From Epithemia pelagica (taxonomy: Eukaryota > Protista > Bacillariophyta), in contig OX337237.1 of the NCBI GenBank assembly GCA_946965045.2, positions 1,674,001-1,738,000 on the forward strand: a DNA stretch of 64,000 nucleotides. The letters run 5' to 3'. The stretch's first letter is position 1, and each line of letters starts with the position of its first letter. Below, piece after piece: positions 43,401 through 53,531 of the stretch. The translations under genes were made by a program, and so were the position numbers. The notes under the pieces were generated by a model. The model ran no database searches, was not told the origin of the DNA, and saw only the letters and a program-made list of their open reading frames with translations.

Positions 43401-44227
43401 GCCGTCTGAATGCGTTGACGGAAACCTTCATTTTTACCGACAACATGCACGCGGAGTCGGCATTTTATAGAGGGACTGCGAAGTCTCCCGAAGTGTTGCA
43501 CCTCATGCTCCGGTTGCATCGAGTCCTGATGAGAGGAGAGGCGTTCATTCATGTCGTTTGGGTGGCTGGGAAAAGGATGATATCCCAAGGCACCGATGGA
43601 CTCTCCCGATCTGATTTGACAAGCGGAGTCATGCGAGGTGAAAGCATGTTGAACTTTGTTCCGCTTCATCAGTCAGCTCATCAACGTCAACCCAAAGTAC
43701 TCTCGTCCTTGTTGCGCACCATAATCGACGACACCGACGATGTACGCGTCTTGAATCCTGAGGACTGGTTCACCCAACCAGCCGAAAGGGATGGCATATT
43801 TGTGTGGATGCCTCCGCCGTGTATTGCCGATGTGGCAGTCTTCATGATGGCGGAGGCATGGCATCTTCGTCCGTGGAATACCCATGTTTTCATTGCACCG
43901 TCATTGATGAGTGGAACGTGGAGGAGGATGTTGTCCAAGACGGCGGATATGTTTTGTGTTCTGCCGTTTAATAATGAATTCTGGCCCAAAGATTTGGAAC
44001 ACGAACCTCTAACGTTTGCGTTCGTATTCCCCCTTTTGAACAGAAATCCTTGGCGAGTTAAGTTCTCGGAGCTTCTCCGCGATGAACGAAATGTCTTGCG
44101 TCAGATGCACCGGAAGTCTCTCCCACACGCGAGGGATTATCTGCGCAAACTTTGGCTATGCGCGCGGGCACTGGAAGCCATGCCTGGGGGCGTATCACGC
44201 TCATTGCTATGTAGTACCGGGAACTGA
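40496..44227 (+). CDS. Pol of element 1 (MTase-like, Trp-rich, RT, RNase H, Dam-like), with one internal TAA
   Basis: Same frame as gag. RT motifs DNDYGEMF, MGQSPSPF, YVDD (42632); RNase H GDASG, NFREL, FTDN, DGLSR; WMPPP block. Track ORFs 40649..41083 and 41117..44227 are one frame split by the TAA at 41081. Confidence 0.9.
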
Positions 44228-45620
44228 CCCCTTTCCTAGAGACCTCCAACCTAGACAAATGGAAATGGATGCATTTGGAAACATGGTGCCCGAAGCTGAG
44301 GGATGGGAGACTACAGCTACTGAAAAGAAGGCTCTGTCTGAATGGTTTTGTCAAGCTCGCCCGGGAGATCATCTAATGACTCCGTTCCAGTGTGAATTAT
44401 GTCACTTTAGAAATATTTACAAGCGTGATCCGGTACCGACGAGCGAAGAAGACAAGTGGTCGCTCAAGTGCATGATACGAGCGAACCTCGATGCCTTTTG
44501 GGCGCGACGTTCGAGCACAGTGCAAGGTAATACAAGGGAAATGGCGAGATCAATGCGCATTCTCGCCACACTCCGGATTCCATCTCCAACGACTGTTCAC
44601 CGGCGAGGACCTTACCCGATTGAAGACACTCTTGGAATGGTACCAGCGATGGTTTCGCTGCAACGGTCGCTAGACAAAGGAAGAAATTCAAAGACGATCC
44701 AGTGGGACACAATGAGAGGAGTACGATCCTCTTTCTCAAACTTTGTTCATACAACACTCACCGGGAGCAAAGGAGCTGTGTTGAGTGATGGGAAACGCTC
44801 GACCAGGATTACCGATAGTGTGGCAAACTCCCTCTGGTTCAAGCGCTTTATGGATGGATGCCATGAGCGCATGGGAGATGTCAAGATACAAGATGCCGCG
44901 CTGACAATTGATGTGTTATTGGAGCTCGAGAGATGTTTGGAGGAAGAATTTCAACGAATGGACTCAAACAGTACCATGGAAGTCCGATTCGAAGTGATCA
45001 CTCTCGGCGCGGCTTTGGTCCTGGGATTCTCAAGTGCTCTGCGTGGCGAAGAACTGGGTCATATCCGGCTTATGGAAAGTCGAGAACTGACCGCAAGGGG
45101 ATTGAATCATCCGAGGTACCCTCATGTCCTCTTAGCCCTTGAAGGAAGGTTCAAGGGATTGATTGCGAGACAAAGGCATAAGATTCCGCTAGCACCAGTG
45201 TCTCAGTCAGGAATTCCGAACGAAAAATGGTTATTGCGATTGGTTGAGCTTTATGATGATCTAAATATCAGACATGGACCTCTGTTTCGTGCCACCCCAC
45301 GGGGAGATAAATCAATCACCATTCAACAACTGGATTTGTGGCTGAGTGAGACCTTGATGGCAGTACAAAAGCAGAGGCCAGATTTGTTGGGAACGGAATT
45401 GGAATCTCTGGCTACTTACAGCTTTCGGAGATCCTTGAGAAGAGGTTCCACCACCCAAGCGAGAAATCAGAAGGTTCCAAAAGACGTCATTGTCATCAAT
45501 AACCGGTGGAGGTCTCAGGACCAGGCTCGAGGACGCTTCGCACAAGCCGACATGATCGATCTGTATACTGATGTGGTAGCAGCTTTGGCCACACTACTTC
45601 AATACTCAACCGCATTATGA
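44082..45620 (+). CDS. Tyrosine recombinase of element 1 with an N-terminal Cys-rich region
   Basis: ALRGEE (Arg at 45042), RSLRRG, NRW, and a terminal DLY (Tyr at 45564). It overlaps the pol 3' end in another frame. Confidence 0.88.
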   Translation: MNEMSCVRCTGSLSHTRGIICANFGYARGHWKPCLGAYHAHCYVVPGTDPFPRDLQPRQMEMDAFGNMVPEAEGWETTATEKKALSEWFCQARPGDHLMTPFQCELCHFRNIYKRDPVPTSEEDKWSLKCMIRANLDAFWARRSSTVQGNTREMARSMRILATLRIPSPTTVHRRGPYPIEDTLGMVPAMVSLQRSLDKGRNSKTIQWDTMRGVRSSFSNFVHTTLTGSKGAVLSDGKRSTRITDSVANSLWFKRFMDGCHERMGDVKIQDAALTIDVLLELERCLEEEFQRMDSNSTMEVRFEVITLGAALVLGFSSALRGEELGHIRLMESRELTARGLNHPRYPHVLLALEGRFKGLIARQRHKIPLAPVSQSGIPNEKWLLRLVELYDDLNIRHGPLFRATPRGDKSITIQQLDLWLSETLMAVQKQRPDLLGTELESLATYSFRRSLRRGSTTQARNQKVPKDVIVINNRWRSQDQARGRFAQADMIDLYTDVVAALATLLQYSTAL

Positions 45621-45678
45621 AAGAAGGAGAAAAGATTTGCTGAGAAGAATTTTATCAAGACGATACGGGGGGGGGGGA

Positions 45679-46109
45679 AAGGAGTGTACTCGTACACTCT
45701 GTCGTTTGCAAACCCACTGTTGGAGGATGACGGGGTTCGGAGTTATTGGGGTTCTGGTTTGCTTGCACTCTGGCAGGTGCTTGCAAAGTGGACAGTGATA
45801 GCGGAGGTTCGCCCCGCGTGCTGACTCGTGATTCGTCTCGAGGACCACCGGCTTCGGGACTCAGAATTTTCTACAGGGGGCGAGAGCAAGACCAATCTTG
45901 ACAGCGATTGGTTTGCGTCGATTTTGATGGCTGTTGCACTATGATGTGACTACCCATCGCTCCATTGGGAAGGAGTTCCCCTTACCTTAGCACAATATAA
46001 TCTAGGATTGTATGTGACACATCCCAACGTCTAACATCAAGACCTATTGCCACACTGGTTGAAGAGTTGGAAGAAGTTTTGGACATTCATCGGAGAGGAG
46101 TCAAGTGCC
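45679..46109 (+). repeat. Repeat B1 (431 bp)
   Basis: Matches 46389-46629 plus 55371-55560 with 2 mismatches seen (45710/46420 and 46087/55538). Confidence 0.95.
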
Positions 46110-46364
46110 TTACTGTGCTTAAGCTAATTTGGCGATTGCTGACAAGAAGATGAATGAACTGACACATGACTGACTCAGAGACCAAGAATCAAAGGACCAA
46201 GCCCAACCAGATTCGTACGTATGTTGAATCAAGAAGATCTATCACCTTTGGTGATTTGGTTGGGATCGAATGTTGATCGGGTCACTGTCTTTCAGGTTGA
46301 TTGTTGGTTGAGGTGCTATACGTTGCAGGTATTGTATCTCTCCTTGTGATCATCTGTTTTTGTT
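46110..46364 (+). repeat. Repeat A2
   Basis: Copy of 37300-37554, directly abutting B1. Confidence 0.95.
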
Positions 46365-46388
46365 TTCCACCCTCCCGCCCTGCGTTAT

Positions 46389-46629
46389 AAGGAGTGTACT
46401 CGTACACTCTGTCGTTTGCGAACCCACTGTTGGAGGATGACGGGGTTCGGAGTTATTGGGGTTCTGGTTTGCTTGCACTCTGGCAGGTGCTTGCAAAGTG
46501 GACAGTGATAGCGGAGGTTCGCCCCGCGTGCTGACTCGTGATTCGTCTCGAGGACCACCGGCTTCGGGACTCAGAATTTTCTACAGGGGGCGAGAGCAAG
46601 ACCAATCTTGACAGCGATTGGTTTGCGTC
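46389..46629 (+). repeat. Repeat B2, left part (241 bp)
   Basis: Copy of 45679-45919, ending at gtttgcgtc. Confidence 0.95.
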
Positions 46630-47147
46630 TCAATGTACACCCAAGTTAAGATGGGACCAAGGAACATGGTCAGGCCACGTCATGAAGGCTGAGCATTGGC
46701 GTTGGAGTGCAAGTCGGGCGGTCCACCCAAAAGAAGAGCCGGCCTCGCTGTCACACAAAGAATGAGGCAGAACGGGCGTGCAACTCGGAAGAGGAAATTC
46801 CAAAAAGAACATGTGCATCCCATCTACTGCGACAAAGCCTCTTCCATTCCATATCTCAAAGTGGACTGCCTCCAAATAGAGGATCGTCCGATTCAAGAGG
46901 CATGGGCACTCTTGAATCAAACAACAATGCGCCAACAATGGATCCCTAATGGAGCGCGACATGCGATCCATGACAAACAAGCAAAGACGCAGCAAACAAA
47001 ACAAGAGGGACACGGAGAGCTCACTCTTTGGGTTTTCTACGGTTCGTCGGCGAAGGTCTGATCCCCTTTGGCGCCGTTCTTGATTTCTAAAGAGTTGAAA
47101 CTCCAACTTTCTCTGCTCACTTCGCTCTCTTACTTACTCCTTCTACC

Positions 47148-49604
47148 ATGTCGGTTCCTCCTCCTCCTCCTCCTGCACAGGATGCTGATACGCTCCTCTC
47201 TGCGCTCGTTGCTTCGGCCTCCGTGGCTAACACCCCTGCGGCTGGGGCCGCCCGTCCTTCTACGGCGGCTCTGGGGGGGGATCGCGGTCAAATCTCCTTT
47301 GCTGCTGACCCTCCCACGGATGAGATGATGGTTCAAGGCACGGAAACCGCATTGTTTCCTGAGAGCACCATGGACCCTACTGTCCTTGGACGCTCTACCG
47401 GTGGTAGTAAGTTTGGTGTCGTGGCACTTTGCGCAAGCGAATGTGCAGACAAGTTGTTGTGTTTGGATCTCAAGCGCGGCGGGGCAACCTTTTGCATCGA
47501 CCCCAAGTGCGCTAAAGCCGGGGACCATGGAACTGGTCTAGCTCCCGTCGACTTGGGACCCTCAGGAGGATTGTTCATTACCAAGAACCCTGCCTCTGCC
47601 TTTTGCACTCCGGTTATCTCGTTGAGTGAGATCTCTCAGGAGACACTGGACCAAGTCCAGCATGAAAAACACACTATGGAAGAATGGACGAAGAAATTCG
47701 TTGCTATGAAACGTCTTAATCAAGTTAAGAAAGAAGGTCACCTGGATGCCAGTCTGAAGGAAACGGAGCATAAAATCTCCAAGGCTGACTCCCTCCGTAC
47801 CCCGTTTACACTCAAGAAAGCTACCTCTACCTCCACCTCCTTCGTCGTTGAGAATTTCTCTCCTCACCACAAGATTTTGGACGGGGATCTACAGGATGTG
47901 ATTCGGAAGATTACGGTTGACTCCTCCTTGGTTCCGATAACTCTTCGCGAAATCGAAGACTCGGTGATGGAAGCAGGAGAAGTGATCCAGACTTTGTCCT
48001 TGGAACAACAAGCCATTTCGCGTCAAAACAGCACAGCCGTTGAAGCTCTAGGAATCAAATTTGATAAACTGTCCATGGAAATTGGACCTCGAGAGGACTT
48101 GCCGGACGAGTACCAAGCCCCGACCCTCTGGGGAATCATCTCTTCGATGATTCGTTCCATTCAAGAATCCTCTCCCTTGACGACTGAATCTCACCAACGT
48201 GCTGTGGATAGTCGCCTTGCCGCGGTTGAGTCCTCTGTTGCTACTTTCTTCTCAACCATCCAAGGCCAAGTCTCTTCGAAGTTGTCCTCGACCCAAGTTG
48301 AGACTCGTAACTCGGTAGACAAGCTTCGAAACCAATTCGTGCAAGGCTTCAAAGGAATCCTCGATCGCTTGTCGGCCCTTGAATCCAACACGACGCTCAC
48401 CAACCGTATCTTGACCATTGAAAACAAGATGTCGTCCCATGAAATTTTGCTTAGCCAACTGGGAACCTCCCCGCAGATGTTTGGTGCAACACAGACGACA
48501 TCCAACACAGGATCACCAGCCCTTCAAAACAAAGTCACTGCTCTTGAAGGGGAAATCGCGAATTTGAGGGCCCTCTTGGGAGATGCCAATTTGGAAATGC
48601 AACGTCTCAAGGGCAAGGTCGACACTTCCACCATCAAGTTCGGAAATCTCGGCGTAGCAACGGTTGATGACTGCAAAGCCTGGGTGGCCCTCAAGTTCGG
48701 GTCAAGAGCGTACGGTCTTTTGTTTGATCTCAACTTGGTGCTTGAATGGTGTGCCCCGCAGGAGAATGGGGATGTTTTATCCATGCTGACTACCATGGAA
48801 AAACGACACAAGATGCAGATCGCGACAACAAATGAAGCTCGAGCGATTTATGCGATGAAGAATGAATTTCCCCAGCTCTTGTACAAAGATTTCCCTGGCA
48901 CCGGGCGGGACCCTTCGTTTCTCACTGCGATGAAAGAGTACTCGGATTGGGAGTCGCCCGAGACGGGAGTTCGTGACCGAATCCTGAATCGTCTAGGCAA
49001 CATGAATTCTATGTTCGGAGAACAAATTGCCACAACGATGGCCAATGAACCTGAAGCCCGTTCCTTAGCTTTATCTATGCTATCTGTTTCGGTGGGTTGT
49101 TGCCGTGAATTGGTAACCTATTTTGATGAAACCATGAATGAACTCACTATCAAGTCGAAGTTTACTACCCGCAAGGCCTTCAGTTTGGTTACCCAAGTGG
49201 TCAGGCGCTTCTTCATGGACTTATACAAGGTTAGGGCTCAAGTCTACTCGTCCCTTTCGACCACTGATAGTGCTGGCCAGTGCGCATGGATACTCTACGG
49301 CGTTCTTCGTACCCACGATGTTATGAGCGATTACGTTGAAGCTCGTTTCAAGAACCATCCGTCCGTTTCAAGCGAATACATTCGCTTCCTTTCCACCAAC
49401 TCGGGCTTCGAGTCCCTCAAGACGCTAGAAGATCAAGTGGAATCCTTGAAGCGTACCTCTGCTCAGTTGGTCAAAGATGTTACCTCGGCCAAGAAAGCTT
49501 CCGACACGGCCAGCAGCACTGTGGACAGTGTCAAAAAGGATGTGAACGAATTGAAGAAACAAGCCCAGCGTCGTGGTGGATCTACCAACGGTGACAAGAA
49601 GTGA
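47148..49604 (+). CDS. Gag-like ORF1 of element 2
   Basis: 818 aa. Knuckle CLDLKRGGATFCIDPKCAKAGDH, coiled coils, FKNHPSV. Confidence 0.78.
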   Translation: MSVPPPPPPAQDADTLLSALVASASVANTPAAGAARPSTAALGGDRGQISFAADPPTDEMMVQGTETALFPESTMDPTVLGRSTGGSKFGVVALCASECADKLLCLDLKRGGATFCIDPKCAKAGDHGTGLAPVDLGPSGGLFITKNPASAFCTPVISLSEISQETLDQVQHEKHTMEEWTKKFVAMKRLNQVKKEGHLDASLKETEHKISKADSLRTPFTLKKATSTSTSFVVENFSPHHKILDGDLQDVIRKITVDSSLVPITLREIEDSVMEAGEVIQTLSLEQQAISRQNSTAVEALGIKFDKLSMEIGPREDLPDEYQAPTLWGIISSMIRSIQESSPLTTESHQRAVDSRLAAVESSVATFFSTIQGQVSSKLSSTQVETRNSVDKLRNQFVQGFKGILDRLSALESNTTLTNRILTIENKMSSHEILLSQLGTSPQMFGATQTTSNTGSPALQNKVTALEGEIANLRALLGDANLEMQRLKGKVDTSTIKFGNLGVATVDDCKAWVALKFGSRAYGLLFDLNLVLEWCAPQENGDVLSMLTTMEKRHKMQIATTNEARAIYAMKNEFPQLLYKDFPGTGRDPSFLTAMKEYSDWESPETGVRDRILNRLGNMNSMFGEQIATTMANEPEARSLALSMLSVSVGCCRELVTYFDETMNELTIKSKFTTRKAFSLVTQVVRRFFMDLYKVRAQVYSSLSTTDSAGQCAWILYGVLRTHDVMSDYVEARFKNHPSVSSEYIRFLSTNSGFESLKTLEDQVESLKRTSAQLVKDVTSAKKASDTASSTVDSVKKDVNELKKQAQRRGGSTNGDKK

Positions 49605-52600
49605 CGGTGTGCCGCGCCTAAACTAGATGAAAACGTTTCGTATGTTGACTCTGGTTTAGACGCTGGTAGTATTGCATCATCTTTAAGCAGTCTGGGACCT
49701 GGCTCTCCTGGTGGTGTTGGTGCCAAACGTCCAGCCTCACCACCCCCTAGCATTGTCGTTTCGGTCAAACGCTCCAGGCATCGTCCTACTGATCGCGGAT
49801 CACGGATCTTCCGAAGTGATTTGTCGTGTCTTATCCTTGGTCAAACATCCCTTTCGTGGGGACTTGGTCTCAGTCTCGGGGACTGGCACGGCATTTACAT
49901 GTTGGCTGCTGAGTATGAAGCACGACGAGAGAACCCCTTTTGGCGTGCCGTTTTGCTTCATTTTGGGGATAAGCTCCACTTAGTCCCAAGCATCGATGTT
50001 GTTCTGGGACGAGGGATCATTTCGGTTGTACTGTTGGAAGGCGATCCTGATTACCTCGCGTCTTCCTTGCTTTTCGTCCCTCCGAGTTGGCCTGTTTTAT
50101 TGTTGCTTCCTTCGGGATGGAGTCGCCCCACCCTTCCTCAAGTCCAATGGTTGTCGGTCACCCATCGTCAATGTGGTGGTGTCACGACCGCTTGTGTCCA
50201 CGTTGGGCGTCGTGGTATACCTCCGTTGTTTTTCCATGTCACCACGCGGCGCACGCTGGGTTCGATCATCTCGCATTCAATCCGTCCTTCCCCGTGTGGG
50301 GCGCCCACTATCCCTGATCCTTATTACTCCTGTGACGATCAGTTGCACACCCGTGCTCTTTTCAAGTCTATTCGGTTGTCCACACACTTTTCAAAGACGG
50401 GTTGGGGTTGTCGTCCGCTTACTGATGAAGAAATTGGAACGGCGTTCGATTTACCGCTTTGGGTCATCAATGATTCCATTGCTTTTCGTTGGTGGTTCTC
50501 CCACATGATTCATCCGCGAGTTACTCCCATCAAGATCCCAGCTTTAGTGTTGAATTCCGCTTTACCACACTTGGACCCTGTTCTGATTCACCACACTAGT
50601 ACCGCCGGCAACAAACATGGTGGACCCTCATCCCCGTTTCGTCCCTGCAAACGCGGCCGTTGGTTGACCCCTCTTTCGGAAACTGTCCAAGATGGCGTCC
50701 TGGGTACCACCTTTTCCTTCTTGCCCGCTTTTCTCCCTCATGACGCGTGGCTCGACGATTCCAAGATTGCGGATATTGCGGTTAAGGCAGACGACGCCCT
50801 GGCCCCTTTTTGGATTTGGGATGGGCGGATTCGGGGCATCTACCCTTGGATCACAGATTCGGCGCTTTCAGGCTTCCGCTTGTTGGCTTTGCTTTGGTGG
50901 CGTCGCTCCTTGGTGCAGAGTTTCTTGGCTTATTTACGCTTGCGGTTTGGTGCGAATTGGCCAGCCTTAGTGGCCTCTTCACCACTCCAGGGGGGGGAGG
51001 AGTCTTTCAATTTCGATTCGTTTCCCGTCCTGCTAGCCGCTGGCCGCTGTGTTTTGTCCCAACTTCTTCGTTCCACCTGGTGGGACTGGGATGCGGGTTC
51101 TTCGTTGATTTTTTGGCGCTGGAACGGCCTCTCCCAACAAGCAGATGCCTGGTTTGGCACTCCCATCCATGTCACCGATGCTCTTCCTTCTTATCATCGG
51201 CGTCAGCGTGCTCCTCCTGCGGAAATGCTCCCTCAAGTTTCCAAGAAATTATCGACCGTGCTCGAGCGTGGTTATTTGGACGGTGTCTCTCCTCCCTCCA
51301 GCATGACCGACTATTTCGCTGTTCCAAAAGGCGACAATGACATTCGGATGGTCTATAATGGCACAAGCTGCGGGTTGAATAAGTCTCTGTGGGCACCGAA
51401 TTTTTGGTTACCAACGTCTGAGTCGGCTCTACGACTATTGACCACCGATTCCTACTGTGGGGACATGGATTTGGGGGAAATGTTTTTGAATTTCCCCATG
51501 GACGTACACCTTCGACCCTTTGCTGGTGTAGACATGAATCCTGTCCAGTCACACCTCACCCCAGAAGCTACAGCCCTCTCTCCTGAATCTGGTAGGGTGC
51601 GGTGGAATCGTTTATTTATGGGTATGCTTCCGAGTCCGTTCCACGCCGCCCGCCAATACTACCTGGCTGAGGAAATAGCAAAAGGAGCATCACAGGATCC
51701 AACCAATCCGTGTGGTTTTGATTCAATTCGCTTCAACATCCCTGGCTCCGCCGATTACACCCCAACTTTGCCTTGGGTCATGAAGTGGAGCTCTAGACTC
51801 GACAACATTACGGGAGATGTAGTTACCTACATGGACGACTTGCGAACGGTCGGTTCCTCAGCCGAACATGCATGGCAGGTGGCACGCCAACTGGGGGCTA
51901 GATTGCAATATCTAGGAATTCAAGACGCACCTCGAAAGCGGAGACCACCTTCCAAAACTCCCGGCGCATGGGCTGGCAGTGTACACCATATCTCAGCCAC
52001 GACCATATCAAAAACCCTCACCCAAAAGAAATGGGACAAGGGCAAGAAACTCCTGGAAAAATACGTGGATGCATATACCAAGAGTGACTCTCCCACGTTC
52101 GATCACAAGCAAATGCAACGAGACGTGGGCTTCTTCGTTCATCAAGCGCTGACCTACAATTCGCTAATGCCCTTCTTAAAGGGATTCTATTTGACTATGA
52201 ATGTTTGGAGACCCGGGCGCAATGGCGAGGGATGGAAGCTGTCAACAAGGGAGTGGCTTTCCCAGTTACAAGAAAAGTTTGGGGACGAAGAAATCAACAC
52301 CATTTGTGGTTTCTTAGACACAGATGAAGATGAAGACTCGCATGCAGAATCAACCAACAAAGAAAAGGACATTCCACCAGCACGGGTCAAGGCAGTTCCG
52401 AGGCTGCGAACCGATGTACGAGCCATTGCGGTCATGCTAGGTTCAGAGGATCCTCCCAAGGTCCAAGTCAGGTCGGACACCATCTTTGTTGCATTATTCG
52501 GATGTGGCGATGCTTCGGGATGTGGATTCGGGGCAGCCTTCCAACTCCCTCAAAAGAAACTGTCGTATAGAGTGGGAGCATGGGGAAAGGACATCGTGGT

Positions 52601-53531
52601 AGGTGAATCTTCCAACTGGAAGGAGTTTACCAACTGTGTAGAGTCGCTGGAGGAAGAAGCGTCCTTGGGCCATTTGGACAACACAGAAGTCTTCTTCTTC
52701 ACAGACAACTCAACCGTCGAACGTTGTTTCTACAAGGGCTCATCATCAAGCCCAAAACTGCTAGAACTAGTGATCCGTCTACGACGACTAGAGATGCGCC
52801 ATGCAATACGGCTGCATATCTCCCACGTATCAGGAAAGAGGATGATCGCTGTGGGAGTGGATGGCATTTCTAGAGGGCAATTGAACGAGGGAGTCATGGC
52901 TGGGACTCCCATGTTATCCTATATTCCTCTTCACAAGACCCCATTCCAGATGTCCGAGAATCTGTTCGAATGGGTTCGTTCTTGGTTGGGACCCAAAGCA
53001 GAAGCACTAACCCCCATGGACTGGTTCACAACAGGCCACGACATCCGGGGATGGTCCCTCCCAACAGAACATAACAAACTGTCCCTGCCTATCCTTCGGC
53101 CAGGACATTTTGTGTGGGCTCCGCCTCCAGGAGCAGCTGATGTGGCTCTCGAGGAATTGAGAAAAGCGCGTCACAAAAGACAATCTTCCATGCATGTTTT
53201 TCTTTGTCAACGTCTGCTTACTCCGAAATGGTATAAGCAGTTACACAAGGCATGCGATTTGGTTATGGAGATCCCTGCTGGAACTTCTTTTTGGCCTGAA
53301 GGAAATTATGAACCTCTCATCGTTGGTCTTGTTTTTCCTTTTATTAGGGCACAGCCGTGGCAATTGCGGGGCACCCCAAAAATGTTCTCAATGGACCGCC
53401 AATTGCGCAAATTGTGGAAAGAAGATCCAGTGGGTGGAAGGGATCTTCTGCGGAAATTTTGCGTTCAGTGTTGGAAAATGCAGTCCATGTCGAAACGCAT
53501 GGTGCGCAAGTTGTTATTCTTCGAACGATGA
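49605..53531 (+). CDS. Pol of element 2 (MTase-like, Trp-rich, RT, RNase H, Dam-like), intact
   Basis: Open frame directly after the gag TGA. Motifs DMDLGEMF, MGMLPSPF, YMDD, GDASG, NWKEF, FTDN, DGISR, WAPPP. Confidence 0.92.
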   Translation, partial: RCAAPKLDENVSYVDSGLDAGSIASSLSSLGPGSPGGVGAKRPASPPPSIVVSVKRSRHRPTDRGSRIFRSDLSCLILGQTSLSWGLGLSLGDWHGIYMLAAEYEARRENPFWRAVLLHFGDKLHLVPSIDVVLGRGIISVVLLEGDPDYLASSLLFVPPSWPVLLLLPSGWSRPTLPQVQWLSVTHRQCGGVTTACVHVGRRGIPPLFFHVTTRRTLGSIISHSIRPSPCGAPTIPDPYYSCDDQLHTRALFKSIRLSTHFSKTGWGCRPLTDEEIGTAFDLPLWVINDSIAFRWWFSHMIHPRVTPIKIPALVLNSALPHLDPVLIHHTSTAGNKHGGPSSPFRPCKRGRWLTPLSETVQDGVLGTTFSFLPAFLPHDAWLDDSKIADIAVKADDALAPFWIWDGRIRGIYPWITDSALSGFRLLALLWWRRSLVQSFLAYLRLRFGANWPALVASSPLQGGEESFNFDSFPVLLAAGRCVLSQLLRSTWWDWDAGSSLIFWRWNGLSQQADAWFGTPIHVTDALPSYHRRQRAPPAEMLPQVSKKLSTVLERGYLDGVSPPSSMTDYFAVPKGDNDIRMVYNGTSCGLNKSLWAPNFWLPTSESALRLLTTDSYCGDMDLGEMFLNFPMDVHLRPFAGVDMNPVQSHLTPEATALSPESGRVRWNRLFMGMLPSPFHAARQYYLAEEIAKGASQDPTNPCGFDSIRFNIPGSADYTPTLPWVMKWSSRLDNITGDVVTYMDDLRTVGSSAEHAWQVARQLGARLQYLGIQDAPRKRRPPSKTPGAWAGSVHHISATTISKTLTQKKWDKGKKLLEKYVDAYTKSDSPTFDHKQMQRDVGFFVHQALTYNSLMPFLKGFYLTMNVWRPGRNGEGWKLSTREWLSQLQEKFGDEEINTICGFLDTDEDEDSHAESTNKEKDIPPARVKAVPRLRTDVRAIAVMLGSEDPPKVQVRSDTIFVALFGCGDASGCGFGAAFQLPQKKLSYRVGAWGKDIVVGESSNWKEFTNCVESLEEEASLGHLDNTEVFFFTDNSTVERCFYKGSSSSPKLLELVIRLRRLEMRHAIRLHISHVSGKRMIAVGVDGISRGQLNEGVMAGTPMLSYIPLHKTPFQMSENLFEWVRSWLGPKAEALTPMDWFTTGHDIRGWSLPTEHNKLSLPILRPGHFVWAPPPGAADVALEELRKARHKRQSSMHVFLCQRLLTPKWYKQLHKACDLVMEIPAGTSFWPEGNYEPLIVGLVFPFIRAQPWQLRGTPKMFSMDRQLRKLWKEDPVGGRDLLRKFCVQCWKMQSMSKRMVRKLLFFER

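Noticed and set aside
37300-46364. A1/A2 as LTRs of a Copia or Gypsy element
   Set aside because: No TG..CA ends, integrase or protease were seen. A YR is present, and the B repeats give the split-direct-repeat layout.
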